Of a stretch of 64,000 bases of DNA, positions 52,229 through 61,713 are shown piece by piece; positions within the stretch are counted from its first letter, which is position 1; the number at the start of each line of letters is the position of its first letter. Made by a program: the position numbers and the translations under genes. The stretch spans positions 6,002 to 70,001 of the forward strand of contig JBHJHH010000032.1 in NCBI GenBank assembly GCA_050331015.1, in the 5' to 3' direction. The stretch comes from Geminicoccaceae bacterium. Its GTDB lineage: Bacteria > Pseudomonadota > Alphaproteobacteria > Geminicoccales > Geminicoccaceae. A model generated the notes under the pieces. That model did not search any database. It was not told the DNA's origin and was given only the letters and a program-made list of their open reading frames with translations.

Positions 52229-53406
52229 GCGCTGAGCGGCAAGGCCCGTTCGGCCAGCCTGGCCCAGTAGCTGGCACCGTAGGGCAGGATCTCGTCGTTG
52301 AAATCGAATTGCGGGCTGTGCAACTGGCGACCGCCGCTGGCTGGACCATTTCCGACACGAATATAACAGCCGGGCCGCTCACTCAACATATAGGCGAAAT
52401 CCTCGCCCCCCATGCTCGGCGAAATGTTCGTGTCGATATGCGTATCACCGACGATTTCGCTGGCCACGCGCAGGGCGAAGGCGGTTTCCGCTTCGCTGTT
52501 CACGGTCGGCGGATAGCCGCGCCAGTAGCGCAGCGTGCCGCTGACGCCGAAGGTCGCGTCGACGCCGGTGATCATGTGGCGGATGCGCTCTTCGATCGCC
52601 TCGCGCGTGGTCGGATCGTAGGTGCGCACCGTCCCGCGCACGATGGCGCTCGCCGGAATGACATTGAAGGCGTCGCCGGCGTGGATCTGCGTCACCGAGA
52701 CGACCGCCTGATCGCTGGCGCGTACGTTGCGCGCGATGATCGTGTTCAGGGCCTGCACCAGATGGGTGGCGGCGATGATCGGGTCGATCGTGTCCTGCGG
52801 CATGGCGGCATGGCCGCCGCGACCGGCCAGCGTGATGTCGAAGGTATCGACGGCAGCCATCATCGGCCCGGCAATGGCGGCAAAGGTGCCGACCGGGTGC
52901 CCCGGCCAGTTGTGCATGCCGTAGATCTCGCGCATGGGAAAACGGGCGAACAGGCCTTCCTGCACCATGCGCTCACCGCCAGCGCCGCCCTCTTCGGCCG
53001 GCTGGAAAATGGCATAGACCGTGCCGGCGAAATCGCGTGTGGCCGCCAGATAGCGGGCGGCACCGAGCAGCATGGTGGTGTGACCGTCATGGCCGCAAGC
53101 GTGCATCTTGCCCTGGTGGATCGAGGCATAGGGCAGGCCGGTTTCCTCGACGATCGGCAACGCATCCATGTCCGCGCGCAGGCCGACGCCATCGCCCTTG
53201 CCGGCCTCCTTGCCGTGAATGACCCCGACCACGCCGGTACCGGCCATGCCGGTGATCACGTCATCGCAGCCGAACTGGCGCAGGCGCTCGGCCACCAGGC
53301 CGGCGGTGCGCTCCTCCTGATAGCCGAGCTCGGGGTGTTTGTGAAAATCGCGCCGCCAGGCGGTCAACTCGTCGTGCTGGGCGCAAATGGCTTCGATCAA
53401 CGGCAT
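52225..53406 (-). CDS. M20/M25/M40-family amidohydrolase (hippurate hydrolase / N-acyl-amino-acid amidohydrolase-like)
   Basis: Motifs LRADMDALP, MHACGHDGH and FQPAEEG. 393 aa. Confidence 0.85.
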   Translation of the reverse strand: MPLIEAICAQHDELTAWRRDFHKHPELGYQEERTAGLVAERLRQFGCDDVITGMAGTGVVGVIHGKEAGKGDGVGLRADMDALPIVEETGLPYASIHQGKMHACGHDGHTTMLLGAARYLAATRDFAGTVYAIFQPAEEGGAGGERMVQEGLFARFPMREIYGMHNWPGHPVGTFAAIAGPMMAAVDTFDITLAGRGGHAAMPQDTIDPIIAATHLVQALNTIIARNVRASDQAVVSVTQIHAGDAFNVIPASAIVRGTVRTYDPTTREAIEERIRHMITGVDATFGVSGTLRYWRGYPPTVNSEAETAFALRVASEIVGDTHIDTNISPSMGGEDFAYMLSERPGCYIRVGNGPASGGRQLHSPQFDFNDEILPYGASYWARLAERALPLSA

Positions 53407-53575
53407 GCACGGCTTCCATTCGGTTAGGTCGCGTCAGCGCGCAAGGACGGCGCACCTGTAGCGGCTTGCCGGCAGCAGGTGACGCCATCCAGCGCATGTG
53501 ACCGCTGGTGTCTTGCTTGATCGCCACCAGGCGGTTCATGTCTGCGGCGATGCAAAGATGAGCGGGGGTTGGCCG

Positions 53576-54577
53576 ATGCGCAAGCGTTGCGTGGTGATGA
53601 TCGCCATGGCACTGGTGCTGGCCGTGGCCGCGCACAGCCAGCACGCGCCGGTGCACGGCGCCGAGCCGGCCTGGCTGGATGACGCGCGCGCGGAGTTTCC
53701 CAAGACCGATTTCGACCAACACGCGATTGATTTGTCCCGCGTGCGTGCCGGCGGCCCGGCACGCGACGGCATCCCGGCGATCGATGCGCCGAAAACCGTG
53801 CCGGTTAAGCAGCTCCGCCAGTTGCGCGGCCGCGAGCCGGTGATCGGCGTGGTGCTCAACGGCGCGGCGCGTGCCTACCCGCTGTCGATCCTGATCTGGC
53901 ACGAGATCGTCAACGACACGCTCGGCGGCGTGCCGATCGCGGTGACCTACTGCCCGTTGTGCAATACCGGCCTGGTCTTCGATCGCCGCATTGCCGGCGA
54001 TGTGCTGGATTTCGGCGTCACCGGCCGTCTGTTCGCCTCGAACCTACTGATGTATGACCGCCAAACCGAGAGCTGGTGGCAGCAGTTCACCGGCGAAGCC
54101 GTCATCGGCGCGCATGTCGGTCAGACGCTGGCGCTGCTGCCGGCCAGGCTGGAAAGCTACGACGATTTTCGCGAGCGTGCCCCTGAGGGCGAGGTGCTCG
54201 TGCCGGCCAGTCCGCGCGCCAGATCCTACGGCCGCAATCCCTATATCGGCTATGACGGCAGCGGCGCGCCGTTCATGTACGCCGGCGACCTGCCGGCAGA
54301 CATCGCGCCGCTGGCGCGCGTCGTGCGCGTCGACAATCAGGCCTGGCCGCTGGCTGCCGTGCGCGACGCGGGCGAACGCGTCCACGGCGATCTGCGCCTG
54401 CAATGGCATCCGGGTCAGGCCTCGGCCCTGGATGCGCCGGTCATCGCTGATGGTCTCGATGTCGGCAGCGTCGTCGTGCAAGAGCGCACCGACGAAGGCT
54501 GGCGGGATGTGCCCTATTCGGTCGATTTCGCGTTTGCCTTTCACGCTTTCTATCCAAACGGCACGCTGCACCGTTAG
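53576..54577 (+). CDS. DUF3179-domain secreted protein
   Basis: Signal peptide after internal ATG 53576. The segment DGIPAID.P......PVIGV..NG.ARAYP..IL.WHEIVND...G.P.AVTYCPLCN matches the DUF3179 core. Confidence 0.75.
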   Translation: MRKRCVVMIAMALVLAVAAHSQHAPVHGAEPAWLDDARAEFPKTDFDQHAIDLSRVRAGGPARDGIPAIDAPKTVPVKQLRQLRGREPVIGVVLNGAARAYPLSILIWHEIVNDTLGGVPIAVTYCPLCNTGLVFDRRIAGDVLDFGVTGRLFASNLLMYDRQTESWWQQFTGEAVIGAHVGQTLALLPARLESYDDFRERAPEGEVLVPASPRARSYGRNPYIGYDGSGAPFMYAGDLPADIAPLARVVRVDNQAWPLAAVRDAGERVHGDLRLQWHPGQASALDAPVIADGLDVGSVVVQERTDEGWRDVPYSVDFAFAFHAFYPNGTLHR

Positions 54578-54612
54578 AGTGCGGCACACGAGCGACAGGG
54601 GGGACCAGGGGC

Positions 54613-55113
54613 ATGCGCAGCTATTTTCATACGCTTGCGCGCTACAATCGCTGGGCCAATGCGCGTCTCTACGAGGCGGTCGCCGCCTTGCCTGACGCGG
54701 CGCGCACACGCGATCTGGGCGCGTTTTTCGGCTCGATCCATTACACGCTGAACCATCTGATCGTCACCGACCGGATCTGGCTCGCGCGCATCGAGGAGCG
54801 GCCGACACCGCACAGCCGGCTGGACGAGGTGCCTTACGCCGCGTTCGCCGATCTGCACGCCGCGCGCCAGGACCTGGACGAGCACCTGATCGCCGTGACC
54901 GAGGGGCTGGGCGAGGCGGATATCCGCGGCACGCTGCGCTATCAGAGCATGGACGGCACAAGCTTTCAGACGCCGATGAAGCTGGTGCTCGGCCATGTGT
55001 TCAATCACGGCACCCACCATCGCGGCCATGTGCATGCCATGCTGTCGCAGCTCGGCGAGACGCCGCCGGCGCTGGATCTGGTCTATTTCGCGCGGACGCT
55101 GGACGGGCGTTAA
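54613..55113 (+). CDS. DinB-family (four-helix-bundle, metal-binding) protein
   Basis: Segments YN.WAN..L, HY.LNH and NHGTHHRGH (His triad pattern). 166 aa. Confidence 0.75.
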   Translation: MRSYFHTLARYNRWANARLYEAVAALPDAARTRDLGAFFGSIHYTLNHLIVTDRIWLARIEERPTPHSRLDEVPYAAFADLHAARQDLDEHLIAVTEGLGEADIRGTLRYQSMDGTSFQTPMKLVLGHVFNHGTHHRGHVHAMLSQLGETPPALDLVYFARTLDGR

Positions 55114-57110
55114 AGGATGATTGGCGGACGGCCGCGGGCGGTGGCCGTCGCCTCGGCGCCGATCAGGATCCCGCTGCCGTCATCGAGCACCGCGCGCTGA
55201 AGGTTGCGCTCCGAGGTCACCGTGACGACCCGTGCGCCGCTCGCCTTTGCAGCCGTCTCGGCCGTGGCGCGCGCAACCATCTCGGCAAAGCTCAAGGCCC
55301 GCGCCTCGTCGAGGAAATCGCGCGGACCGTCCGGCGCGTGCACGCGATAGCCCTGATCGCCGAGCACGCTGACGGTGATCGTGCAGTGTTCGGCAATGCC
55401 GCCAACCACCGCGCCAACGGCGTTGGCCACGGGCGCGTGATCGGGAACGACGATCGCCGTGTGCAACCGCTCGGCCATGGGCGGCATGTGCAGGTGCGCT
55501 GATGCACCCAGCCCGACGACCGGCCGGGTGACCCTGACGGCCAGGGACAGCAGCGGCGTCGCCAAGGCATCGGGCTCCCGCAGCGCCGCATCCAGCAGCC
55601 GGCGCCAGGGGCCGCTGTCCGGCAACGGCTCGTCGCCGAGCACGGCAGCGCCGGCCGCGGACAGCAGGCATTCGGCGCCCTGGACAGCCATGGCCTGCAG
55701 GATCTCGTCGGCCAGCCGGTCAGAATCGCCGCTCGGTGCGTCGGGGCTCAAGGAGCGCTGGCGGGCATAGAGCCAGGCGCCGAGGCGCGCGCCCTCGCTT
55801 TGCCAGGCATTGTGCAGCCCTTTGACGATGGCCGCATCGCTCGGCGTCAGCCCGCTCAGCGCCACCAGGCCGATCTCGAGCAGCCGGTCGAGCGGCAGTT
55901 TCATGCGCTCGCGCTCGATCACCGCTTCCAGCTCGAGCGGTCCGCTGTCGAGCATGTGCCACAGCTTGCGCTGCATATCGCTGAGCTGGCTCTCCGGTGC
56001 CCGTGCCGCTAGGCGGACGACGAAGCGGCCGTCATGCTGGTGGCCGACCGGGCGTTCGGTCTGTGTGCGCATGGCCGCCAGGCAACCCGGGTAGAGCTGG
56101 CAGAGCAGGGCGAGCGGCACATGCCGGCGCGGGCCGAGGCGGATGACGCCATCGGGCAGAAAGCGCACCTCGCTGTCGCCGCCAAGCCCGAAACTGTGAA
56201 CATCGATCGCCTCGACCATCGTCCGCCTGCCGCCGACGCGCGCACCCTGCGCCGCCAGTGCCGGCAGCCCGTCGCGCAACAGAGCGACATCGAGCGTCGT
56301 GCCGCCCAGATCGGCGACGATGCCATCGCGCACATCGGCGAGCCTGGCCGCACCGACCACGCTGGCGGCGGGCCCGGACAAAATCGTCTCGATCGGCCGG
56401 CCCAGGGCGACATCGTCGGCAATCAGCGAGCCGTCGCCGCGTACGATCATCAAGGGCACGTCGACGCCGCGGTGATGCAGGAAATCGCGCACGGCCTCGA
56501 TCAACTGGCCGATCGCCGGCAGCAACCGGGCGTTCAGCAGCGCCGTCAGTGCCCGGCGCGGCCCGTCGAGGCCGGGGCTGAGTTCGTGGGAACAGCTCAC
56601 CGGCCTGCCGGTACGCGCGCGGACGCGCTCCTTGGCCGCGAGTTCATGGGCCGGATTGCGCACGGCAAAGGCAGCGCCAATGGCAAACGCGTCGACGCTG
56701 TCGGCCATGCTGTCGATGGCCCGCTCAAGCGCGTCCTCGTCCAGGGGCGCCTGTTCGGCACCATCGGCGAGATGGCCGCCTTCGATGAACGCCACCGGAT
56801 CGCTGCCGAGCGCATCCGCCAGATCGGCCTTTTCCAGGGCACTCTCGCGAAAGCCGATCAGGATCAGGCCGACGCGGGTGCGCAAGCCCTCGACCAAGGC
56901 GTTGGTCGCCAGCGTGGTCGACAGTGCGACCAGACCGATGCCGACACTGCCGGCGTGGCTGAGGACCTCATCTGCGGCCTCGGCGATGCCGATGCCCAGA
57001 TCGTGCTTGGTGGTGAGTGCCTTGGCTGCGGCCACGACCTGATCGCCGGCATCGACCAAGACAGCATCCGTATAGGTGCCGCCCGTATCGATGCCGAGCT
57101 TGTAGGTCAA
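55110..57110 (-). CDS. Hydantoinase/oxoprolinase A-family (HyuA-like) protein, no HyuB partner
   Basis: N-terminus MTYKLGIDTGGTYTDAVL and an internal DLGGTT.D, indicating the ASKHA-fold ATPase of the hydantoinase_A family. 666 aa. Confidence 0.8.
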   Translation of the reverse strand: MTYKLGIDTGGTYTDAVLVDAGDQVVAAAKALTTKHDLGIGIAEAADEVLSHAGSVGIGLVALSTTLATNALVEGLRTRVGLILIGFRESALEKADLADALGSDPVAFIEGGHLADGAEQAPLDEDALERAIDSMADSVDAFAIGAAFAVRNPAHELAAKERVRARTGRPVSCSHELSPGLDGPRRALTALLNARLLPAIGQLIEAVRDFLHHRGVDVPLMIVRGDGSLIADDVALGRPIETILSGPAASVVGAARLADVRDGIVADLGGTTLDVALLRDGLPALAAQGARVGGRRTMVEAIDVHSFGLGGDSEVRFLPDGVIRLGPRRHVPLALLCQLYPGCLAAMRTQTERPVGHQHDGRFVVRLAARAPESQLSDMQRKLWHMLDSGPLELEAVIERERMKLPLDRLLEIGLVALSGLTPSDAAIVKGLHNAWQSEGARLGAWLYARQRSLSPDAPSGDSDRLADEILQAMAVQGAECLLSAAGAAVLGDEPLPDSGPWRRLLDAALREPDALATPLLSLAVRVTRPVVGLGASAHLHMPPMAERLHTAIVVPDHAPVANAVGAVVGGIAEHCTITVSVLGDQGYRVHAPDGPRDFLDEARALSFAEMVARATAETAAKASGARVVTVTSERNLQRAVLDDGSGILIGAEATATARGRPPIIL

Positions 57111-57122
57111 TGGGCCAGGATC

Positions 57123-58118
57123 CTAGAGTTCGTAGACCCAGGGCTTTGGCACGAAACGGAAGGCATCACCTTCGGCAGCAACGTGGCCCACGCCCGGGAA
57201 CGGTAAGTGATAGCCTAAGACCAGTACGCGGTCGCTGGCCGCGCGGTCAAGCAGTGCGCGCCGGGTTTTCGGGGCCAGTTCCTGATCGGCGTCGAAGCCG
57301 AACGCCCAGTCCGGACGCTGGAACGAGACATAGGCATGGTTGACGACGTCGCCGGTGACGATGAGTTGGTCTTCGCCGGAAGCGATCAGATAGCTCATGT
57401 GACCGGGCGTGTGTCCGGGTGTGCTGATGGCGGTGATGCCGGGCACGATTTCGGCGCCATCGGCGATGCGTTCGACATCGGCCGCGAGCGGCTTGAGGTT
57501 GCGCTGCGCGCCGAGCACGAACGGCTTGCCCTCGTCCGGCATCGAGGCCAGCGTTTCTTCCGAGGTCCAGAAGTCCCACTCGGTCTCGCCGATGACATAA
57601 GCTGCGTTGGCAAAGCGCGGTTCTTCGACAAAATCGTCGATCAGGCCCCAGCAATGGTCCGGATGGGCATGGGTCATGACCACCAGATCGATGTCGTCGG
57701 GGCTGAGGCCGGCAGCCTCGAGCGTGTCGACAACCTTGCCGGCACTCGGCTGGAAATTCAGGCCCGAGCCGGCATCGAACAGGACGAGTTGCTCACCGGT
57801 ATTGACCAGGGTGAGATTGACCGGCGAGACGATGTGGTCGGTCGGCAGGAAATTCTGCTCGAGCAGGCCGAGCAGTTCCGCTTCCGGTGCGCTCGGGCTC
57901 AAGAGGGTCGCCGGCTCGAGATAGAGGCTGCCGTCCGAGACCGAGGTCACTTCGAAGTCGCCGACCATGAAGCGGAAATAGGCCGGTGCCTGCGTGCCGG
58001 CCGGCTCGGCGGCGGCGTTGGCAAACCGGGCCGGCACACACAGGCCGCTGGCGGTGGCGGCCATGGCCATACCACCCAGCCCGAGGACATCGCGACGCTG
58101 CAAACGGTTCGTGGTCAC
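57123..58118 (-). CDS. Tat-exported metallo-beta-lactamase-fold hydrolase (lactonase-like)
   Basis: Twin-arginine signal (RLQRRDVLGLGG) and MBL motif THAHPDHCWG. It ends 12 nt before the HyuA-like start. Confidence 0.8.
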   Translation of the reverse strand: MTTNRLQRRDVLGLGGMAMAATASGLCVPARFANAAAEPAGTQAPAYFRFMVGDFEVTSVSDGSLYLEPATLLSPSAPEAELLGLLEQNFLPTDHIVSPVNLTLVNTGEQLVLFDAGSGLNFQPSAGKVVDTLEAAGLSPDDIDLVVMTHAHPDHCWGLIDDFVEEPRFANAAYVIGETEWDFWTSEETLASMPDEGKPFVLGAQRNLKPLAADVERIADGAEIVPGITAISTPGHTPGHMSYLIASGEDQLIVTGDVVNHAYVSFQRPDWAFGFDADQELAPKTRRALLDRAASDRVLVLGYHLPFPGVGHVAAEGDAFRFVPKPWVYEL

Positions 58119-58226
58119 CGTTGATCTCCCTTCCCCTGTTATCGATGCAATTCACGCGGAGTGATTGCACATAACCCGAGTGAGGGCATGCTGCCTAGCG
58201 TTTGCGCATTGGCGGACGGCGCGAGG

Positions 58227-58889
58227 TCAGTCGTTGTTGGGTTCGCTCCTGCGCAGCCTATGCGCCAGGAGAAAGACTTCCGAGCTGTCCTTGCGGGTGG
58301 CCTCCGGACGGATCAGCCTGGTAGTGGTGAACAGGTCGCGCGCCTGTTGCACCAAAGGCTGATCGGCGCCGCGCACGGTCTTGATCAGCGCATCGCCACC
58401 GGGCTTGAGCGTTTCCGCGGCAAAGGCCAGCACCGCCTCGCCGATATTCTCGGCGCGCAGGCGATCGGTGAGCTTTTGCCCGGTGGCGGCCGCCGCCAAG
58501 TCGGACAGGACCAGGTCGACCTTGCCATCGATCATCGCGCGCAGTTGCTCATAGACCGCGTTGTCGAGGAAATCGCCCTGGATCAGCTCGGCGCCGGCCA
58601 GCGGTTCGACGGGCAGAAGGTCGATGCCGATCACGGTGCAGCCCTTGTCGGCCGCCACCTGCAACCAGCCGCCCGGCGCGCAGCCGAGATCGACCACGCG
58701 CATGCCCTTGCGCAACAGGCCGACCTTGTCGTCGATCTGCTTCAGCTTGTAGGCCGAGCGCGAGCGGTAACCCTCTTTTTGCGCCAGCTGGACGTAGGGA
58801 TCGTTCAATTGGCGGCGCAGCCAGCGCGTCGAGCTTTCGCTGCGGTTCTTGCGGCCGCGCACGCGCACATTTTCCGTGCGAAACGACAT
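58227..58889 (-). CDS. rlmE: 23S rRNA (uridine2552-2'-O)-methyltransferase
   Basis: Motifs W...Q..D.YV..A...GYRSRSAYKL..ID and VVDLG.APGGW. Confidence 0.9.
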   Translation of the reverse strand: MSFRTENVRVRGRKNRSESSTRWLRRQLNDPYVQLAQKEGYRSRSAYKLKQIDDKVGLLRKGMRVVDLGCAPGGWLQVAADKGCTVIGIDLLPVEPLAGAELIQGDFLDNAVYEQLRAMIDGKVDLVLSDLAAAATGQKLTDRLRAENIGEAVLAFAAETLKPGGDALIKTVRGADQPLVQQARDLFTTTRLIRPEATRKDSSEVFLLAHRLRRSEPNND

Positions 58890-58913
58890 GGAACGGGTGG
58901 GCTCCTCGTGGGC

Positions 58914-59903
58914 CTAGCCGATGGTTGCCAGGGCGCTTTCCAGCGTGCGTCCGTTTAAGACATGTAGGATGCCCTCGCGCACGCCACGATCGGCGACGCG
59001 CAGCCCCTCGGTCGGCCAGACGCGGTGGATCGCCTCCAGTATGGCGCAGCCGGCGACGACCAGATCGGCACGACCCGGGCCGATGCAGGGATGCACCGAA
59101 CGCTGCGCGTCGTCCAGACCGCGCAGGCGCAAGGAGACATCGTTGATGGCGGCGAAATCGATGTGCAGGCCGTCGACGCGCGCGCGGTCATAGCGCGGCA
59201 GGTCGAGATGCAGCGCGGCCAGGGTCGTGACCGTTCCGGACGTGCCGATCATCTGCACCGTCTGACCGGCGATGCGCGCGTTGATGACGTGCTTGGACTC
59301 ATGCGGTCGGAGCTGGCCCTCGACATCGGCGACCATGGCTTCGAAGTCATCGGCGGACTGCGCCGCACCGTGGGTCTCCGACAGGGTGACGACACCGCAG
59401 GGGATCGAGATCGCGGCGCGCAGCTCGGGTCGGCCGGCGGCATCGCGATCCAGCCAGAGCACTTCCGAACTGCCGCCGCCGATATCGACCATCAGGACAT
59501 GGCGTGCGCGCGGATCGACCAGCGACAGGCAGCCGAGCAGGGCCAGGCGGCTTTCTTCCCAATGGGGCAGGACTTCCAGATCGATTCCGGTCGCCTTGCG
59601 CACGCGCTCGAGGAAGATCGGGCCGTTGCGTGCGCGGCGGCAGGCTTCGGTGGCCACGCAGCGGGCCTTGCCGACGCCGCGGCGCGACATGATCCGGGCG
59701 CACACCTTGAGTGCGGCCACGGTGCGCTCCATGGCGGCTTCGCTGAGGATGCCGCAGGCGGCCACGCCTTCGCCCAGGCGAACGATCCGCGAGAAACTTT
59801 CCAGAATATCGAAACCGTCACGTGCCGGGCGCGCAACCAGGAGTCGGCAATTGTTGGTGCCGAGATCGAGCGCAGCGAGGATCGGGGGCCTCATCCCGGG
59901 CAT
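58914..59903 (-). CDS. ppx: Ppx/GppA-family phosphatase (short form)
   Basis: Motifs AALDLGTNNCRLLV and DIGGGSSE (ASKHA fold). The ppx-rlmE pairing is common in alphaproteobacteria. Confidence 0.85.
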   Translation of the reverse strand: MPGMRPPILAALDLGTNNCRLLVARPARDGFDILESFSRIVRLGEGVAACGILSEAAMERTVAALKVCARIMSRRGVGKARCVATEACRRARNGPIFLERVRKATGIDLEVLPHWEESRLALLGCLSLVDPRARHVLMVDIGGGSSEVLWLDRDAAGRPELRAAISIPCGVVTLSETHGAAQSADDFEAMVADVEGQLRPHESKHVINARIAGQTVQMIGTSGTVTTLAALHLDLPRYDRARVDGLHIDFAAINDVSLRLRGLDDAQRSVHPCIGPGRADLVVAGCAILEAIHRVWPTEGLRVADRGVREGILHVLNGRTLESALATIG

Positions 59904-60081
59904 GGTGATGACAACGCCTTCGCGCCTGTTGCAGAGTGACCGAACGTTAATCGTAAATGTGTGTGGCGATCAGGCAACTCATTTCCGGTCGGCGCTGTTG
60001 CCTTGTCGCTGGCAGGGACTTTTGCTACCTGCCTCGCAAGTCAGACGTTTTCGCTTGCCCATGAAGCCTTTGGAGGCGCGC

Positions 60082-60327
60082 ATGAACGAGCCGGATTGCC
60101 CAGGAACGGAACCGATTGCGTGCGTGCTGATCGAGGGTAAGCGCTATTTCTGGTGTACCTGCGGTCGCAGCGCCAATCAGCCTTATTGCGATGGTTCCCA
60201 CAAGGACACAGGCTTCCAGCCGCTTGCGTTCACGGCGGATCGCAACGGCACGGCCTTTCTGTGTGCCTGCAAGCGGACCGGTGATCGACCCTACTGCGAC
60301 GGCAGCCACGCCCGGCTGTCAAAATGA
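60082..60327 (+). CDS. Tandem CDGSH iron-sulfur domain protein
   Basis: 81 aa with two C-x-C-x(n)-CDGSH units (CTCGRSANQPYCDGSH and CACKRTGDRPYCDGSH). ATG 60082 follows a GGAGG RBS. The rest of ORF 59272.. is antisense to ppx. Confidence 0.8.
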   Translation: MNEPDCPGTEPIACVLIEGKRYFWCTCGRSANQPYCDGSHKDTGFQPLAFTADRNGTAFLCACKRTGDRPYCDGSHARLSK

Positions 60328-60347
60328 ACGAAGGCGCATAAGACGTC

Positions 60348-60863
60348 ATGAAGCTTAGAGTTGCGGCCGCCTTGGCGGCGTTGGTGGTGCTCGGCGCTTG
60401 CGGCGGCGGCAGCAATCAAGCCGCGGAAACCCCGAGCGGCTGTCCGGTGATCGCGATTGCCGCCGGTGCCGATCGCTTCGATCGCTATGTCAGCGGTCAG
60501 ATCGACCAGCCGAGCGGGCTGGCCTACAGCGGGACGCTTTCGCGCCTGGACGGCACGTGTGTCTATGACGAGCGCGGTCTGGTGATCGATTTCTCGGTGG
60601 ATGTCCGCCTGCGCAAGGGCGAGGCGTTTGCCGGCGGGCCGGTGCAGGTCGATTGGCTGGTTGCCGTGATCGACCAGGAAGATCGCGTCCTTGCGCGCGA
60701 GCCGATCCGCTCGACGCTGATTGTCAGCGATGCGCAGCGGATCAATGGCACGACCGAACTGCTGTCACAGACCATCCCCGGGCTCGCCTTTCCCGAGGGC
60801 AACACTTATCGCGTGGTCATCGGTTTCGCACCGAACATGCGTACACCGCTGCCGGTATCCTAA
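60348..60863 (+). CDS. Hypothetical lipoprotein
   Basis: Lipobox LVVLGAC followed by a GGGS linker. No family recognised. Confidence 0.55.
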   Translation: MKLRVAAALAALVVLGACGGGSNQAAETPSGCPVIAIAAGADRFDRYVSGQIDQPSGLAYSGTLSRLDGTCVYDERGLVIDFSVDVRLRKGEAFAGGPVQVDWLVAVIDQEDRVLAREPIRSTLIVSDAQRINGTTELLSQTIPGLAFPEGNTYRVVIGFAPNMRTPLPVS

Positions 60864-60900
60864 CCGCGCCGGATAGCCCGAAGACAAGGCTGCAGCTCAG

Positions 60901-61713
60901 GTGGACTTTGCGCTTTCCAAACTGATCTGGCTGGTCGTGAAGCCGAGCACGGGCCTGCTCATCGCATGCTGGCTTGGTGTCATCAGTCTTGCGCTCGGTT
61001 GGCAGCGACTGGGTCGGCTGATGCTCGGCCTCGGGCTGATCGGCTTCACCCTGGCGCTGGTCACCCCTTTGCCGGAGTATGTTCTGGGCCGACTTGAGAA
61101 CCGTTTTCCAGCACTGCACAACGATCTGCCGGACGCGGTGGACGGCATCATCATGCTCGGCGGTGCCCTCGAGACGTTGACGATGCAAGAGCGCGACCAG
61201 GTCTCGCTCAATGAAGCCAGTGAGCGGCTGAGCGCGTTCGTCTATCTTGCACGGCAGTATCCGCATGCGAAGCTCGTCTTCACCGGTGGTTCGGGCCTGT
61301 TGCTGGCCGAGAACGAGTTGTCGGAAGCCGACGTTGTCCGACGCTATCTCGGTGAAATCGGCTTTGACGCTGATCGGGTGATCTTCGAAGAGGCCTCACG
61401 CAACACACAGGAAAATGTTCTCAATTCCAAAGCGTTGGTCCAGCCGCAGCCGGGCGAGCGCTGGGTGTTGGTCACCTCGGCGTATCACATGCCGCGTTCG
61501 GTGGGGATTTTTCGTCGACAAGACTGGCCCGTGATGCCGTATCCGGTCGACTATCAGACAGGCGCACCCTTCTCGATCGGCTATGAGCCAAGCCTTGCGT
61601 CCAAGCTTAAAGATCTCGATCGCGGCGTGCACGAGTTCATCGGCCTGACAGCCTACTACCTGTTGGGCCGCACCAGCGCCTGGTTCCCGGCGCCGGAACC
61701 CGGCCAGCCCTAG
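60901..61713 (+). CDS. DUF218 (YdcF/ElyC-family) protein
   Basis: GTG start with N-terminal TMs. The segments GIIMLGG, VFTGGSG, S.NT.EN and VTSA.HMPRS are DUF218 hallmarks. Confidence 0.75.
   Translation: MDFALSKLIWLVVKPSTGLLIACWLGVISLALGWQRLGRLMLGLGLIGFTLALVTPLPEYVLGRLENRFPALHNDLPDAVDGIIMLGGALETLTMQERDQVSLNEASERLSAFVYLARQYPHAKLVFTGGSGLLLAENELSEADVVRRYLGEIGFDADRVIFEEASRNTQENVLNSKALVQPQPGERWVLVTSAYHMPRSVGIFRRQDWPVMPYPVDYQTGAPFSIGYEPSLASKLKDLDRGVHEFIGLTAYYLLGRTSAWFPAPEPGQP

Noticed and set aside
59272-60327. 351-aa ORF ending in the CDGSH domains
   Set aside because: The upstream approximately 270 codons are antisense to ppx and low-complexity (Ser/Arg/Ala/Pro). An RBS plus ATG at 60082 gives the normal small CDGSH protein.
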